Of a stretch of DNA of 64,000 nucleotides, positions 24,095-37,886 are shown in pieces. Made by a program: the position numbers and the translations under genes. Position 1 is the first letter of the stretch. The number at the start of each line of letters is the position of its first letter. Source of the DNA: Tubiluchus corallicola (Eukaryota; Animalia; Priapulida); NCBI GenBank assembly GCA_030141605.1, contig JAQGDQ010000669.1, forward strand, positions 1-64,000, read 5' to 3'. Under the pieces are notes generated by a model. It was not told the DNA's origin, searched no databases, and saw nothing but the letters and a program-made list of their open reading frames with translations.

Positions 24095-24680
24095 TAACCT
24101 GAGAAAAACTTTAAAATTCCCAATCATTGAAGCACACAAAGAATATTTTACTCTGCTTTTTATATTTAAATACATTAACAACATCAGCAAACCATTCCAG
24201 AATAACAGATTTACCTTTTTTCAAAATCCTATCGTTAATTCCAGAACAAGCAATCTAAAACAAATTAGGACAAATACCCACTATGGAACGAACTCTGTAA
24301 TCAAACAAGCAATTCTACGTTGGAATTCTCTACCATTACAGGTTAAACAAATCAAGTCCCTATCAGCATTTGAAACAAAATTAAAATCACTAATATTAAC
24401 CAGATATGAAATACCATCACACCAGTACGACAACATACACACTAATTCAGAATTCATATATCCACGGCCATATTAATTAAATCATAGTTTTTCATTTTTT
24501 GTGCATAGTTGTAAATATGTTTGATTTTATTCGTCGTTACTTTCCATTACTGCACAGTACTTTAGATTGCACTGACGCATTTGCCTTTAGCAGTGTAAGT
24601 TTTTATTAACTAACACTGATTGATCATCTCAGTAAAGTTTTTATCAGTGATTATCAATGTATTTTAATGGCAAATAAGGA
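24095..24680 (+). mobile_element. CR1/L2-type LINE 3' fragment with 3'UTR
   Basis: Translates ...RTNTHYGTNSVIKQAILRWNSLPLQVKQIKSLSAFETKLK; 3'UTR motif gacgcatttg...caaataa shared with ~33460-33550. Confidence 0.7.
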
Positions 24681-25580
24681 TTAATATATATATATATATA
24701 TATAAAGCAGAAGACAACCCTTTATCTAGCATTGATGACTGTGCGAGTTTAAATTTTCAAGTTTTATATCGTTAGTTGTCAGCAAATCTGGGAAAGTATT
24801 CATACCTGTTACTTATATAAAGCTACAAAATCGTCTTGTACTGTATCACATACGTACTACCTTATTGCACACAGAGCTTGCATTAACAGCAACTCTGTAT
24901 AAAATTTGAAAATTTAAAATTCAAAATTTCCGCGATGACCGTTAGGCGCAGCCATTTTGAAACAAGTTTAGATAACATCGCGTAACGTTTCAAAAAATAA
25001 TTCGGCCATTCGCAGCACACATGTTACTAAAAAAGTCTACTAATAAATGATTGTATGTTGTCAATAATTTTGTTGTTGTTGGTACACACCTTGTAGGTGA
25101 GGCAGGTATATTTCAACGATGGAGGAAACATTTTGATTTACCAAGAATTTTCTTTTCTAGTTCCATATGTCTTTCGTGCATTCAAGCGTAATGCTAAGTA
25201 ATATAACATTGTATGAAATCTCTTTGGCATATACTTTCAAATAGCCTTTTTCCTCTTCAATAATTTTTGTTCACATTACGTGTGATATCTGCGCTGAAAT
25301 ATTACAAGACGTGAAGATACTTTTAGTCTGATGACGTTTCGAGTCTAGACGCAAATGGTCACAGATTTGTTAAACCGGGTGTCTAAACATTGGAAAAAAC
25401 TCACAAACTGCTTCTTTCTGGTTTACACTCGGAATCGACACATTAGTAGTATTATATGGGCTTATAATGCTATAAAACATTAATAATTGCCTACTGTGTG
25501 TCTGAATATTGGTCAGATAAGCAGGCCTAAGTGCTGCCACTAACACCACCTCTGTGAACACTATCTTTTAATAAGTTAAA

Positions 25581-26186
25581 GCAAAACCGGACCCAATCTT
25601 AAACTGTAGATCAAAACAATTTACTCTTTAAAATACTATAAGAAAACATGATATTTTTTTCCAGAATGACTTATGTGAAAGAGTTATTACCACACAAACA
25701 CAATTTCACGTTCGCGCCACTAGTTCTTCGCTCTTACAAGCATTTCGCGATTCGCTAGTTAGAGGGGTTCTAGCGCTGCATTTCGGAAACGTATTACACA
25801 AAAAACAGGTCCTGTACCTCTCCGTTCAGATGTGTTAGTTTGAGACAAACTGCAGCTCATGCGTGAGCCCAGCGGTAAATTTGAAACTTGAATTTTATCT
25901 TAAAACTTGCCTAGTTTTAGCATCACACATTGAATATCTTACAGTAGCACTGTACTTAATTTCTCGCTTCTGCAAACACGTGCAACACGCTTGTGCAATA
26001 TTTTTGCTGTTGAAAATTATGTTAGTTTGTGACGTCATCAGTAGCTGGACTCGCCCGGCGTTAAGAAATATTTTAATCTATTATTTAATTATCAGAAAAG
26101 CTATTGCAGTATTAATTGTGTTAAAGTGTATATTTTTTATCTGACTTGAAAATGGGGTAGTATATGAAAAATCATTTGTCTTCCTC
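25581..26186. mobile_element. Kolobok-like MITE family K2
   Basis: TTAA|AGCAAAACCGG...TGTCTTCCT; highly similar to 46169-46723; degenerate copy near 56090-56358. Confidence 0.75.
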
Positions 26187-26216
26187 TAACAATTGAAGCA
26201 AACAATTTTTTCGTAC

Positions 26217-26422
26217 TCTGCCATGCATTCCAATTAATCCACCTTCTGAAACCAGCTCGTTGTTTGAGTTCACTGGCCCTGACAAGCAGTTCCTAAAACT
26301 GGGCAGACGAGAGTTTTGATTAAACGGGGGCGTGTCGTAGACAGGTTGCTGCATACATATCAACGCTTCTTCTATGCTAGGCAACGCAAGTTCAGTTGGA
26401 CGTGATAGCCGCTTTAGTAATC
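26217..26422 (-). CDS. Tyrosinase-family gene exon 7 (to CuB His1)
   Basis: cag|GLLKRLSRPTELALPSIEEALICMQQPVYDTPPFNQNSRLPSFRNCLSGPV...GMHGR|gtacga; LPS...YDTPPF...SFRN motifs. Confidence 0.93.
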
Positions 26423-26723
26423 CTGGAAGAATAAAGTATTTGTGGTTTGGTAATTTATTAACTAGTTGTTTGTTAAGCATAAATGTTTGGAAGGCGTGCA
26501 AAGGTCAGATCAAAGGTCAAATGGAATCCCCTACTCACAAATGAGTCTACTTAAAGGACAAGAAAAGAGGTACCTGGAGTAAGTTGTTTCAGAAAAATCG
26601 CCTTGTTGATTTACATTACTTTACCTTACTTTTTACAGGAAGTTATTGGGACGTACTTCTTTTAAAGGAGAGGGAAAGAGGGTGACTCAGTAGACAGACA
26701 GACAGACAAATAAAGAATAGAGA

Positions 26724-26827
<104 letters not shown>

Positions 26828-26947
26828 GACGGAAAGAGAGAAAGAGGGAGTGAGAGAAATTATTAGTAAATCTCATTTACTTCAAAATAAAATAAATACA
26901 AATCCCTCCATTTGCGGAGTGAGACAGACACACGCACGCACACACAC

Positions 26948-27000
<53 letters not shown>

Positions 27001-27078
27001 GAGAGGGGTTAGAGAGTTGTGCTTGTTCATGTAATAAATAAAATTAATCAGTCAAAGACTGGATTGTTCATCAAATAC

Positions 27079-27212
27079 CTGTCTTTCGTTCGACGTCGCA
27101 AATTTCTCCGGTCTTTCGTAACGTAGCAGTGTAATTTGAGCAAATCATTTGGAAATCAGCAAACTCAGATTTTTTGCCAAGAAGACCGTTTTCATCACTT
27201 TTGCCAAAATAT
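27079..27212 (-). CDS. Tyrosinase-family gene exon 6
   Basis: cag|(E)YFGKSDENGLLGKKSEFADFQMICSNYTATLRKTGEICDVERKT G|gtattt; S.F..W/F..IC...G..C motif; phases match both neighbours. Confidence 0.9.
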
Positions 27213-27500
27213 CTGCAACAAACAGTGTCATAAAACAGAAATGGGACACATGAAATGGGACATATTGTAATAGCTTATTGATAAATGTTCCTAAATATCA
27301 ACTCCAACGGCCAGTATTTCTAGAACTCGGCAGCTAGACCTTTTACCTTTATGCATAAAATTTTCAGCATATTGAACCCATTATTTGTTTGACGAAAAAT
27401 GGCTGTAATATGCTGAAACTAGTTTATCTGATGATTCTTTCTGTCCAGGCCGTGAAGATATTTAATGGGTCTGTAAGTCTAAGCTTAAGTTTAAGCTTAA

Positions 27501-28083
27501 AGCACAAGAAAACCCTCCACTTACATAAAGCTTAAAAAATCGTCTTGAAATTTTATACCACTTACATACTTGCAATTTTGACGATAGATCATTTGAAACA
27601 AGTTTAGATAACACTGCGTGAAGTTCGAAAAAATAATCAGAGCATTCGTAGTGCACACGTCACTAACTAAGTGAAATTTTAAATTACTGTATCTTGTCAA
27701 TAAGATTAAAAATACTTTTTTGGTTAGTGAGTGGCGCACTCTGGAGGGTGAGTCAGCGACATTTTGCCAATTGGCACGAGCATTTTAAATCATTATTTCT
27801 AGTTACATAAGTCTTTTTAGCAGGTAAGCGAAATGCTAAGTAATATAGATTTGCACGGAATGTTACTGGGACATAATTGGGACTTTTCTTCCCCTGACTT
27901 ACGTTGTGCAAATATGACGTCATGTAATGGCGCGGTCGGTACAGTATTGCGGAAGGTTAAAAAGAAAACAAACAAAAATACCTTTTAACGCGAGTATGAT
28001 ATGTGCATAAAATTACTGTAAAGTGATATAATTTTTAAGGCGATTTTTCTGAAACTTACTTTAGATATCCCTTTTCTTGTCTT
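27501..28083 (-). mobile_element. Kolobok-like MITE family K1
   Basis: TTAA|AGCACAAGAAAACCC...CCCTTTTCTTGTC; reverse complement of 20387-21035. Confidence 0.8.
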
Positions 28084-28168
28084 CAAGTCCATGCTTAAGC
28101 TTAGCTTTACACTTAAGTTTAAGTTTAAATACAACTTCAAGCTCAAATTTAGATAATCCTGTACTTAC

Positions 28169-28285
28169 TCATCAGTACAAACTGTACATTCTTTACCGTC
28201 ACCAACCCAGTCCCAATACGGAATTGTGAGGTTTGGATTTCCAGACAGTTTTTGAAGCACTCTTTCCAATTTTAATAAGTAAATC
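28169..28285 (-). CDS. Tyrosinase-family gene exon 5
   Basis: cag|(R)IYLLKLERVLQKLSGNPNLTIPYWDWVGDGKECTVCTD GA|gtaagt; PYWDW...C..CTD signature. Confidence 0.95.
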
Positions 28286-28696
28286 CTGCAATAATTAGGA
28301 TACGGTGAATTTTGAGCGTTAATTTGGGTTGTTAAAGAAAAACACAAATTACACAACACCACACAGTTTGACATAAATGGTTTGTTACATGAAATGAATT
28401 GTTAAAACAAACCAACTGACCAACCAAGCAACCAACCAGGCGACGAATCAACCTGCTTACCTACAATCAACAGACCAAAGCACCATCGAACTAGCGAAAT
28501 ATTTCGCCAGACAGCAAACATACAATCACATATAGGTTACAGACAGCAACAAACAAATTTCTAACCAACCAGCTTAACATTCAAACAACCAAGTGAATGA
28601 ACCAGTCAATTAACCAACTAAACCTATACCAACCAACTACATCTATGAACATTACTGATGAATTAAAGAAATCTGTTATACACTTCCCCTATCCCC

Positions 28697-29034
<338 letters not shown>

Positions 29035-29037
29035 TAC

Positions 29038-29217
29038 CTGTGCCAAGTTGGCAAGCCAGGACCATTGTGCGCATAGTCTAGAGGCCGGTATGCCAATGGC
29101 TTGAAGTGGATCCCCATTTCTCCTTTGTATTCTACCGGTTCCCTGGCTGCGCAATAATGTAGGTAAGTGAAGTAATCGTAGTAGGTAGTTGGTTTGAAAG
29201 TTGGGTGACCCGCATCC
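29038..29217 (-). CDS. Tyrosinase-family gene exon 4 (CuA site)
   Basis: cag|(R)DAGHPTFKPTTYYDYFTYLHYCAAREPV...PLDYAHNGPGLPTWH AG|gtaata; three CuA His (LH, AH, WH). Confidence 0.95.
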
Positions 29218-30269
29218 CTGAAAAACGACCATTTTTGTCATTTCTGAAAGTTTAGTGTACAGAAATTATAATCTTAAGAGAGCGGCTCGTTTCCTTCTTA
29301 ATAAGAAAAATGCATAAATAAACTAATATCCATAGGGATATGAAATATAAGATGTATTTATTTCACACATGCAATACAATACAAATTAGCCAATATTGAA
29401 ACTATTTTTATAGCAAAAAATGTATGAGGGTAGTGTACGACTATAAGAGTCCCAAAATACACTTCCCTATATGTTGTTCATTTACAGAATTTAGTTATAG
29501 TGGCTTGGCACTATGTAAAATAGATGGTCATTAACTCATCATTAAAAATAATATGAATATTTTTATATTCCTATTGTAAAATTTGCAGAATTTAGTTTCC
29601 GTTACTTGGCACTATGTAAAATAGGTCGTCATTGATTCATCATTAAAAATATTATTAATATATTTTTAGAGGCCTATTACAAAGTTCTAATACATGCTAA
29701 TCAAAATGAATAATTATTGGAATAAGACGGAAGATGGTGGGCAAGTAAAAGCAATATAGTTTTATCCTATTTTTCATAATCATAATCGTAATCACATAAT
29801 CATATAGTTACATAATCATAATCGTAATCACATAATCATATAGTTACATAATCATAATCATAATCGTAATCACATAATCATATAGTTACATAATCATAAT
29901 CATAATCGTAATCACATAATCATATAGTTACATAATCATAAACGATGATATACATTTACAGGGCGATCATCTGCAAGTAATATCGTTTTTTCAGAAGTCT
30001 AAGAGTCAAGGTTGAAACTGAGCAATATGGCGCCCGCGTTTCGTAGCCGCCGTGGGTTCGATACTCGCTCTATTTTTATATATTAGCTGTTTACAGATGA
30101 ATATGTATGCATCCGAAAGCGGCTAAGACACCTCTGCTAGTCCAGTGACTCATCTTACTAAGGAGGAATTAAAAATTTAACAAGTGGCACATTTAAAAAA
30201 TTTAATTATTAGTAAACCACTTCGTGTCGTTCATGCGTGTGTCATGCAGATTATGTCTTGTGCTCTTAA

Positions 30270-30818
30270 AGGAAGACCGGATGATTGTTTAGATTCAATC
30301 TCATTTTAATTTACTGTCCAACATATACATTTTCTTGCCGATAAAAGTTAACAATTGTTCCATATATTTGAACAATTAGCTTCAAAAGTTAATTAACGGC
30401 AACCGAACACAAGAATTGCTTACGTCACAAACTAATCACAGTTTGTGCAATGGCAGGCGTCTTCCCTTGCGCGTCAAGCACATTTGCATCAGTGTTATAG
30501 TACTGCTTAAATGCATGATGTCACGAAAAATGGGCTTTACATCATATGACGTCAGAAAATAACACTGCAGTTCATGAGCATGGTTACCACGGTACCGCCT
30601 TCTATTTGTCGGCCACGCGCACGTGATAAAAAGGCGCCGCTGCCAATCTTAGTAGATTCACTGAGCCGCGCGTAGCTTTGAAAGTTTAACGAAATTTGAG
30701 TATCCGAGGTAATTATTATTTAATCTAAGCTTTGATTTAAAATAAGCTATTGTAGTTTTCAATACTTTAGAACATTCTTTATTCTGAACTCGTGTTTACA
30801 CAATCATCCGGTTTTCGT
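30270..30818. mobile_element. Kolobok-like MITE family K3
   Basis: TTAA|AGGAAGACCGGATGATTG...CAATCATCCGGTTTTCGT|TTAA. Confidence 0.8.
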
Positions 30819-30954
30819 TTAAGATGATTCTTGTACTTTTAGCATTTATATGAGCTGTCGACAACTACCCTTCTCGAGTAATAGTGTTTATTTATGGTTT
30901 TAAGCTTTTAAGTATTGACAAGGGGGGGGGGTCGCCTATCAAATTTTCTATTAC

Positions 30955-31131
30955 CTGTATGACGTGTTTAGAGTAACGTAGTCACTTAGAGTACTCTTCG
31001 ATTTTGCTATGGCGGCTTTGAGCTCTTGTAGTTCGCTTGCAGACAGGTGATGGATATTTCGTCGCAGCAATGTAACTTTCCTGTCACATTTTTTACCCGT
31101 GTAGCCAAACTTGCATTCTGAACAGTCATAC
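30955..31131 (-). CDS. Tyrosinase-family gene exon 3 (EGF-like end)
   Basis: tag|(G)YDCSECKFGYTGKKCDRKVTLLRRNIHHLSASELQELKAAIAKSKSTLSDYVTLNTSY AG|gtaat; C..CKFG..G..C...RRNI..LS..E motif. Confidence 0.95.
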
Positions 31132-31332
31132 CTAAAATAACATTGGTAAATTTACAAAAACTTGTAATTTCATGACATTAGTAAATTTTTCCATTTATAA
31201 GTTAGGCGCGTTTTTGGCCATCTTTCTTAACCCTTAATTTTCTTCTTCACTGATCACTTTTCTTTTTCTGTCCATCGACGATTAATTAGGAAAGAAATCT
31301 TAATTATTAATAATACGTTTGTATATTGTTGT

Positions 31333-31804
31333 GCATACATACATACATACATACATACATACATACATACATACATACATACATACATACATACATACAT
31401 ACATACATACATACATACATACATACATACATACATACATACATACATGTACGTACGTACATACGTACATACGTACATACATACATATATACATACATAC
31501 ATACATACATACATACATACATACATACATACATACATACATACATACATACGTACGTACATACGTACGTACAAACGTATATACATACATACATACATAC
31601 ATACATACATACATACATACATACATACATACATACATACATACATACATACGTACGTACATACGTACATACATACGTACGTACAAACGTATATACATAC
31701 ATACATACATACATACATACATACATACATACATACATACATACATACATACATACATACATACATACATACATACATGCATGCATGCATGCATGCATAC
31801 ATAC
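31333..31804. repeat. (CATA)n microsatellite
   Basis: Direct observation. Confidence 0.97.
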
Positions 31805-32612
31805 AATAATAATATATAATATATAATATATATATATATATATATTATTTATCAATTATTTTTTTACGTTTATTTTACGTTTTTATAAAATAAATATTTA
31901 CACAAAGAACAGAGAACTAGTAAGCTAAATATGTAAAAAGGGTTGGTAAGCGTATATTCATGAGCGCGGACAGAGTTCAAAAAATTTGACGCACAAGCAG
32001 CTAAGAGGCCTGGAGAAGCCCTGTAAGTTGGAGACCAGAGCGCGGAGCCCTCCACCAACGCATTTTTCTGTATTTAATGACATTTTGGAGGCCTCAAATG
32101 AGATCTAAATTCTGGTACATAAAGTTCCTCAAAGGTGAAAAATTCTGTCTTAATACATATATTTACCTGTATTTATCTAGGTAATATTCATTGTATTCTA
32201 TTGTATTAGTCATATATCTTAAAACCAAGTTCGTGATGCACTGCAATGCGGCTGACCCGTTACTTAATCTTAATTTATTCAGTGTCAAGATTATCTAGCC
32301 AACAAAATGTGGATAGTATTGAAATGAATAAACGTAAGGTATGCATTGTTACTTGTAGATGGCAGCACTTGTAGCATTTATGGTCAGGTGGCGTCCGCTA
32401 ACAGTGTGTGCGTGAAGCAGAACGGACAAGAAGGTCTAGAGTTGTCTCGATATTATTTATACTTTCGTTTTGCAATAAACATTATAAGTACAACAAAATG
32501 CAACAACGAAAGCTGGTGGGCAGCAGTAAAGACAAATGTCACATGCTAAAGTCAAACAACTTACACTGACATTGCGGTTTTAGTGAAGAGCTCCACTATT
32601 GCTTAGGCTTAC

Positions 32613-32763
32613 CCATAATAGTTTCCTAGACAAAAACACTGATGCGTTATAAAATGAGTCGGCCAATCATATCTGTCCTCATATTTAGGTTCCTCGGGAT
32701 TATTTTCCTGCGAAGAAATGATTTTCCCACAGCGTCCTCTATCGGGACCGCCACAAACTAAGC
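32613..32763 (-). CDS. Tyrosinase-family gene exon 2 (Cys-rich domain)
   Basis: cag|GLVCGGPDRGRCGKII...EDRYDWPTHFITHQCFCLGNYY GG|gtaagc; CG...RG.C...DR..WP..F....C.C.GN..G motif. Confidence 0.95.
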
Positions 32764-33005
32764 CTGAAATAAAGAAAAGCCAATTTAATAAAACTTTTCA
32801 GTTGAATTGAAGAAACTCTAAAAGAGGCATTGGAAATTTTTGTTATTTTATCTTGAGCATATAAGACACCCTGACTGTGTAACTATGACACTGTCGGGAG
32901 ATTACCATGTAAAAGTAACACAGTCATGTAACCACTGAAGTTTTCGGTCGAAAGAAACATAAATTGACATGTCGGCGTCCAAATTTTCCTGGATTTCATA
33001 AGGAT

Positions 33006-33052
<47 letters not shown>

Positions 33053-33556
33053 AGTACAGAAAGTACATTTTTTCATATCAACAGGTGTTTTAGGTCATAG
33101 TGATACTAATTACACAGACTCAACTTTCATCTACCCCCTCCCCTGACTACATAAAACGATTAAAAATGTAAAATTTTTAAAAAAATTATGTAATGTAAAA
33201 CATGTTATGTCAGTTTTGTAATGTCAAATGTATAAATAGTGTAAATGTCATGAGTGAAATTTATGTAATGTAAAGCATGTTTCTGTTAATTGTGTCATGC
33301 CAAATGTATATATAGTGAAAAATGTGTCATGTAAAATTTAATGTACTTTTGTATTATTGTTTTGTAAAAATATTTTAATATTGTGCTTGTAAATATGTTC
33401 ATTTATTGTGTATAATTGGGCCTTAGTTTTGCACTTTAGTTTTTTTTAACATGCACCGGACGCATTTGTCTTGAAGAGTGTTGTTATTTTAACATTACGC
33501 TGAGGCTTACTCAATTTTATTATAATGAGTGAACCATTTTAATGACAAATAAACAA

Positions 33557-33592
<36 letters not shown>

Positions 33593-34329
33593 TATATAGT
33601 CATTAATAAACACAGTACAATCTCAACAGGTGTTTTAGGTCTGGTATATCGACCAACTTCAATTTGTAATATATGCTCGCTAACACGGAATTTTCTGTAG
33701 GTTCGTTATGCGCTCTAGGAAGACCCGTAATCAAAAGATGATTTCCAGTTTATACTGACATTTGAAAATTATTGATAATTATAATATAGTAACTGGACAA
33801 TCACGCGATAAGAATATATCATAATAATTAGACCTGGGTCAATTTGATCCTTAGTTTAATTAGTCAACTTTGACAAATGAGTTGTCTATTTCAAAAGACT
33901 GAAGGCAGATTGGTCGAAAAAAAGTCATGATTTCGTTGTTCAAAAGGCGCCAAATTTGAAAAATGTGCTCGGGGAAGCGGTTGCTCCCCTCCCTCCCTAT
34001 TAACTATGCCACTGAATACGAGTCGGTTAGGTTATTAAAGTCAGAGGCAGAGGCGTAGCAATGTGGGGGCGACAGGAGGCCCAAAATGTGAAAAGGCACA
34101 AAATTCTTCTGGAGTTCAATGACTGTCAATTATGAATTACCAATCCGACATTACTAAAACAGTTAGCAAAACTACAACAAAATTACCTAGCCAGAGATCA
34201 TGGTAGCTGACTTAATTACGATATACAGCGTAGAAAAAAGGCTAAAGTTATTACATAACGGCGTTTGTATAGGGCGTCGGGTGGCTTAGCACTCCGGTAA
34301 TTTTAGGAGAAACAGTGGCGTCATTATAA

Positions 34330-34670
34330 TTGCATAGAACATCGTACAATGTTCAGTTGGAATGACCGCCTTGCCGGCTGGAATGTTCCCGAACATTACT
34401 TCTGGAAGTTTCTACAGTGCGCTATATGAGGCGAAGCAGGCTGCCGACATGGGATCGCACAGAGCACGCAGATCTAACACGGATATATACTTGTATACTT
34501 CCCTTTTCAGCTATACTTAAACGTTTTCCAGATTTTCACGTTTATTGTAATCATTTCAACATTCCTTCATACTTTTGTGTTGTAGAATTTTCGCTAAATA
34601 AAGTAGTTTTATTTAACGGTGTGTTTTCTGGTTTTCTCTACGAGCCTTCCGAGAGAAACAAAACACAACA
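34330..34670 (+). mobile_element. Solo LTR (family A) in tyrosinase intron 1
   Basis: Homologous to 19120-19455; ends ACACAACA; 5' boundary approximate. Confidence 0.75.
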
Positions 34671-35661
34671 GTTTCTCTAAATGCCGCTTGATATTATTGT
34701 GAAAACCTGTAGTGTTTTGTATCTTTGATTCTTTGAATGTTCTAATGCTGGAGGTTAATGTTTGAGGACTGTCGTGTTATGAGCAACTACTAATGCATAG
34801 AAAAGAGTTACTCTGGTGCAGTACCACAAATCAGTCTCAGAGATGAATTCTTAGAAAATTCGTTTATCTTTATCCCATCATGTCGAAACAGGGAAGTCGG
34901 GTTCAGGGACACCAAAAGCGGGCACAATTTGCAGCTTCACGCACGAAACCAATGATCAAAACATTAAAAGTGGAAGGGTGATGCAGTGGCGTCGTGCTAT
35001 GGGCCCCCCCAATTGTTTAGAAAATGTCAAAAAATTTAAGGGTTTCGGCGGCTTGTAGTGAGACCAATAAGGTGTAAAATTTTGAGGAACGGTGAAATCT
35101 CCCACTGTAGGCATGATATGCGATTATATATACACATAGGTATGATTATTCATTGAATATAATGTCTAATTGTTGCATTGATTATCCTCTGCTCTCGTGG
35201 CTATGCCGCTAGGTAATTGGCCATTGGCCCCTTGCACTGGGCCAATGATATTGCTTCCCCCTTTCCTATATAAACACTTGCAGTGTTAGCTGGATTACAA
35301 AGCCGATTCTCTAATAAATACTTAATTAAATTTTAATTTTAAACTAATTTTTAATTTTAATTAAATTTCTGTAGCTATAGCTTTAAGTTAAATGCCAATT
35401 GGGAATAAATAAATCGTTTTTCTTGCGGGCAAAATACTGGTGTGGGAATTCAAAATTATACGTTTTTTAAACAGTTAAGTTCCGCCATTATATACAGACG
35501 CCCCCCCCTAATTTTTTTTGGTGCACGACTCCCATGGGGGGGGGGGTGATGTCAGAAGTTTTTTTGCCCCAGAGCGCCACAAGCACCTACGTCACTGTAA
35601 AGAGTGTAGTTTTAAACGGATCTGAACAATCGTTACCTGATTATAACATCGAAAAACAAAC

Positions 35662-35812
35662 CTGATGCGTCACTTGGACAACACACTTTCTTAGACGACG
35701 TTACTTTCGTAATGTTCTGAACACAAATTTTGGGAAACTGCGCATTGGTGGAACTGAACAAAAAGCAAATTATGCCAAAACAAAAAAAGTACGACATGTA
35801 ATGGAACGCCAT
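35662..35812 (-). CDS. Tyrosinase-family gene exon 1 (signal peptide); full spliced CDS 1629 nt, 542 aa
   Basis: MAFHYMSYFFCFGIICFLFSSTNA|QFPKICVQNITKVTSSKKVCCPSDAS G|gtttgt; QFP..C...CCP is the N-terminus of the TYR/TYRP/DCT family; all ten intron phases are compatible. Confidence 0.92.
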
Positions 35813-35859
35813 CTGTGCACCATCATTAGTCACTCACGAACAACACCTTGTAGTGCAAC

Positions 35860-35876
35860 CCATATATATATATAAA
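35860..35876 (-). promoter_or_regulatory. TATA-like element upstream of the tyrosinase ATG
   Basis: tttatatatatatatg ~50-60 nt upstream of the start codon; could just be a short (TA)n. Confidence 0.35.
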
Positions 35877-36808
35877 GCCAGTCTAAATGTTCACAACTAT
35901 ACCAATAATTCTTCAACCATAATCGTTCTATTTTCGAAACCTACGAAAAAGGACAAGTCAGCTTTTTTATGAAAGCCCTGCAGGCCTGTATGCAGTATGT
36001 CTCGTGATATTCATCAGTAAAGGTTACGTATAAAGTTCATGTTTGCAGTTCCAACATGGCAGGGTAGGCCTACTCAAAAGTAAATAACTCCTTTATTTAC
36101 TCATCTATATTTGCTGGGTCTGGTTATACCATTGATATGCCGGCCATTTTTGACGTCATAATTAGGCCCTTTGCAGTATTAAAATTTCGGCCTAATTTGG
36201 ATATGTTATTCTGTGGGCCAAATACTACAAGAAAACACCAAAAAACCTTTTCTTGCGATTTTTTAGAAGGTAAGTCAGCAAATTGACCCTACAAATAGTT
36301 TATCCTATTCCTGATGTTCTTTGGCGAAAACCTTTCCTTTTTCCATCCCCCCAATTTGCCATTTCGATTTTAGCTAAATTCGCATTTATATGTAACATCG
36401 GAAATCATAACAAGCGGAGTAAGCGGCATGCATTTGTATTCGCTTTCCTTTCAGAAAGAATTTAAATTAGAATTTGAACTAAATTAGAAATTTGAATTAG
36501 ATTAGAATGCCTATGTGGATCCATACAAGCGGAAGAACGTATGTTAAGGAGCTGTCCCCAAACTGGTTATCGATGTAGACTTCGAATCATGAACTTCAAT
36601 ACTGTATTGCAAGAAAGCTTTAAAATTTGTTATAGTTTTAAAAGTGTTTAAATAATGTGTTTATTAATCTAAGTTAAATTACCTTGTGTGAATTAATAGT
36701 TTAATAGTGAAGCTGTATTTAGATATCGTGCATTGTAAACTCTGTGGACTAATTTAATGTTACCCCAACCATTGTTAAATATATGTAGAAAAAAGTTAGT
36801 CAATAAAG

Positions 36809-37118
<310 letters not shown>

Positions 37119-37886
37119 AAAGCAACGGCTAATCGTAACGTTTTTGTACTGAATTAATGCAATAATTAATAATCAATTAAATAAATTAAGTAACTTCCAT
37201 AAGCAAATAAACGGAAATTAAGATGGTAAACACTTCTCAATAGAAAACATGTCAAGTAACAGATGCATTTTGCGGAAATTTCAATTATATCAAAAACAAA
37301 TCTCTACTTTATCAAAATTTTATTTTTCATTAGAAGTAAAATTGAGTGAATGTACAGCAAGAATATTGCGATGCACTAATAATTCTAGTACATATATAAT
37401 GTCATATATTCTAAGGCTTAAGAATAGGTTAGTGATATTAGGTCTAAAGACGTAGTTGATAAATAAATTAAAAGTTAATATACTATTTAAAACTAAAATT
37501 AGAAGCATGATGATGGTAAACAAAAAAGTCTTAAAGTCCCTGATGCAATAAACAATAATCAATAGCATTTTCAAGTTTACATTAATTTTGTGCAAATACA
37601 GTCGCCGTCAATAATTGCGTTGCTTCGGCACAATAACTGAGTTAAATTTTTCGCAACAGATGGCAGCACGTAGATACGACGCGCAAGCGTCAAGCATGCG
37701 CACAAACATGTGTCTTTTCCTGGCAGTTATCAAGAATTTATCTACAATTAACCGCTTTTCTTCCCTTTAGTGGTTTCTTTTAGAGAAGTTAGTAGAATTT
37801 TGAATATGAAACAAATAAAATTTGAAATTTAGTGTTCAATCTCGCTGCAGTTCGGTTCATAAAACCGAGAATGAGAGTAATCTTTC

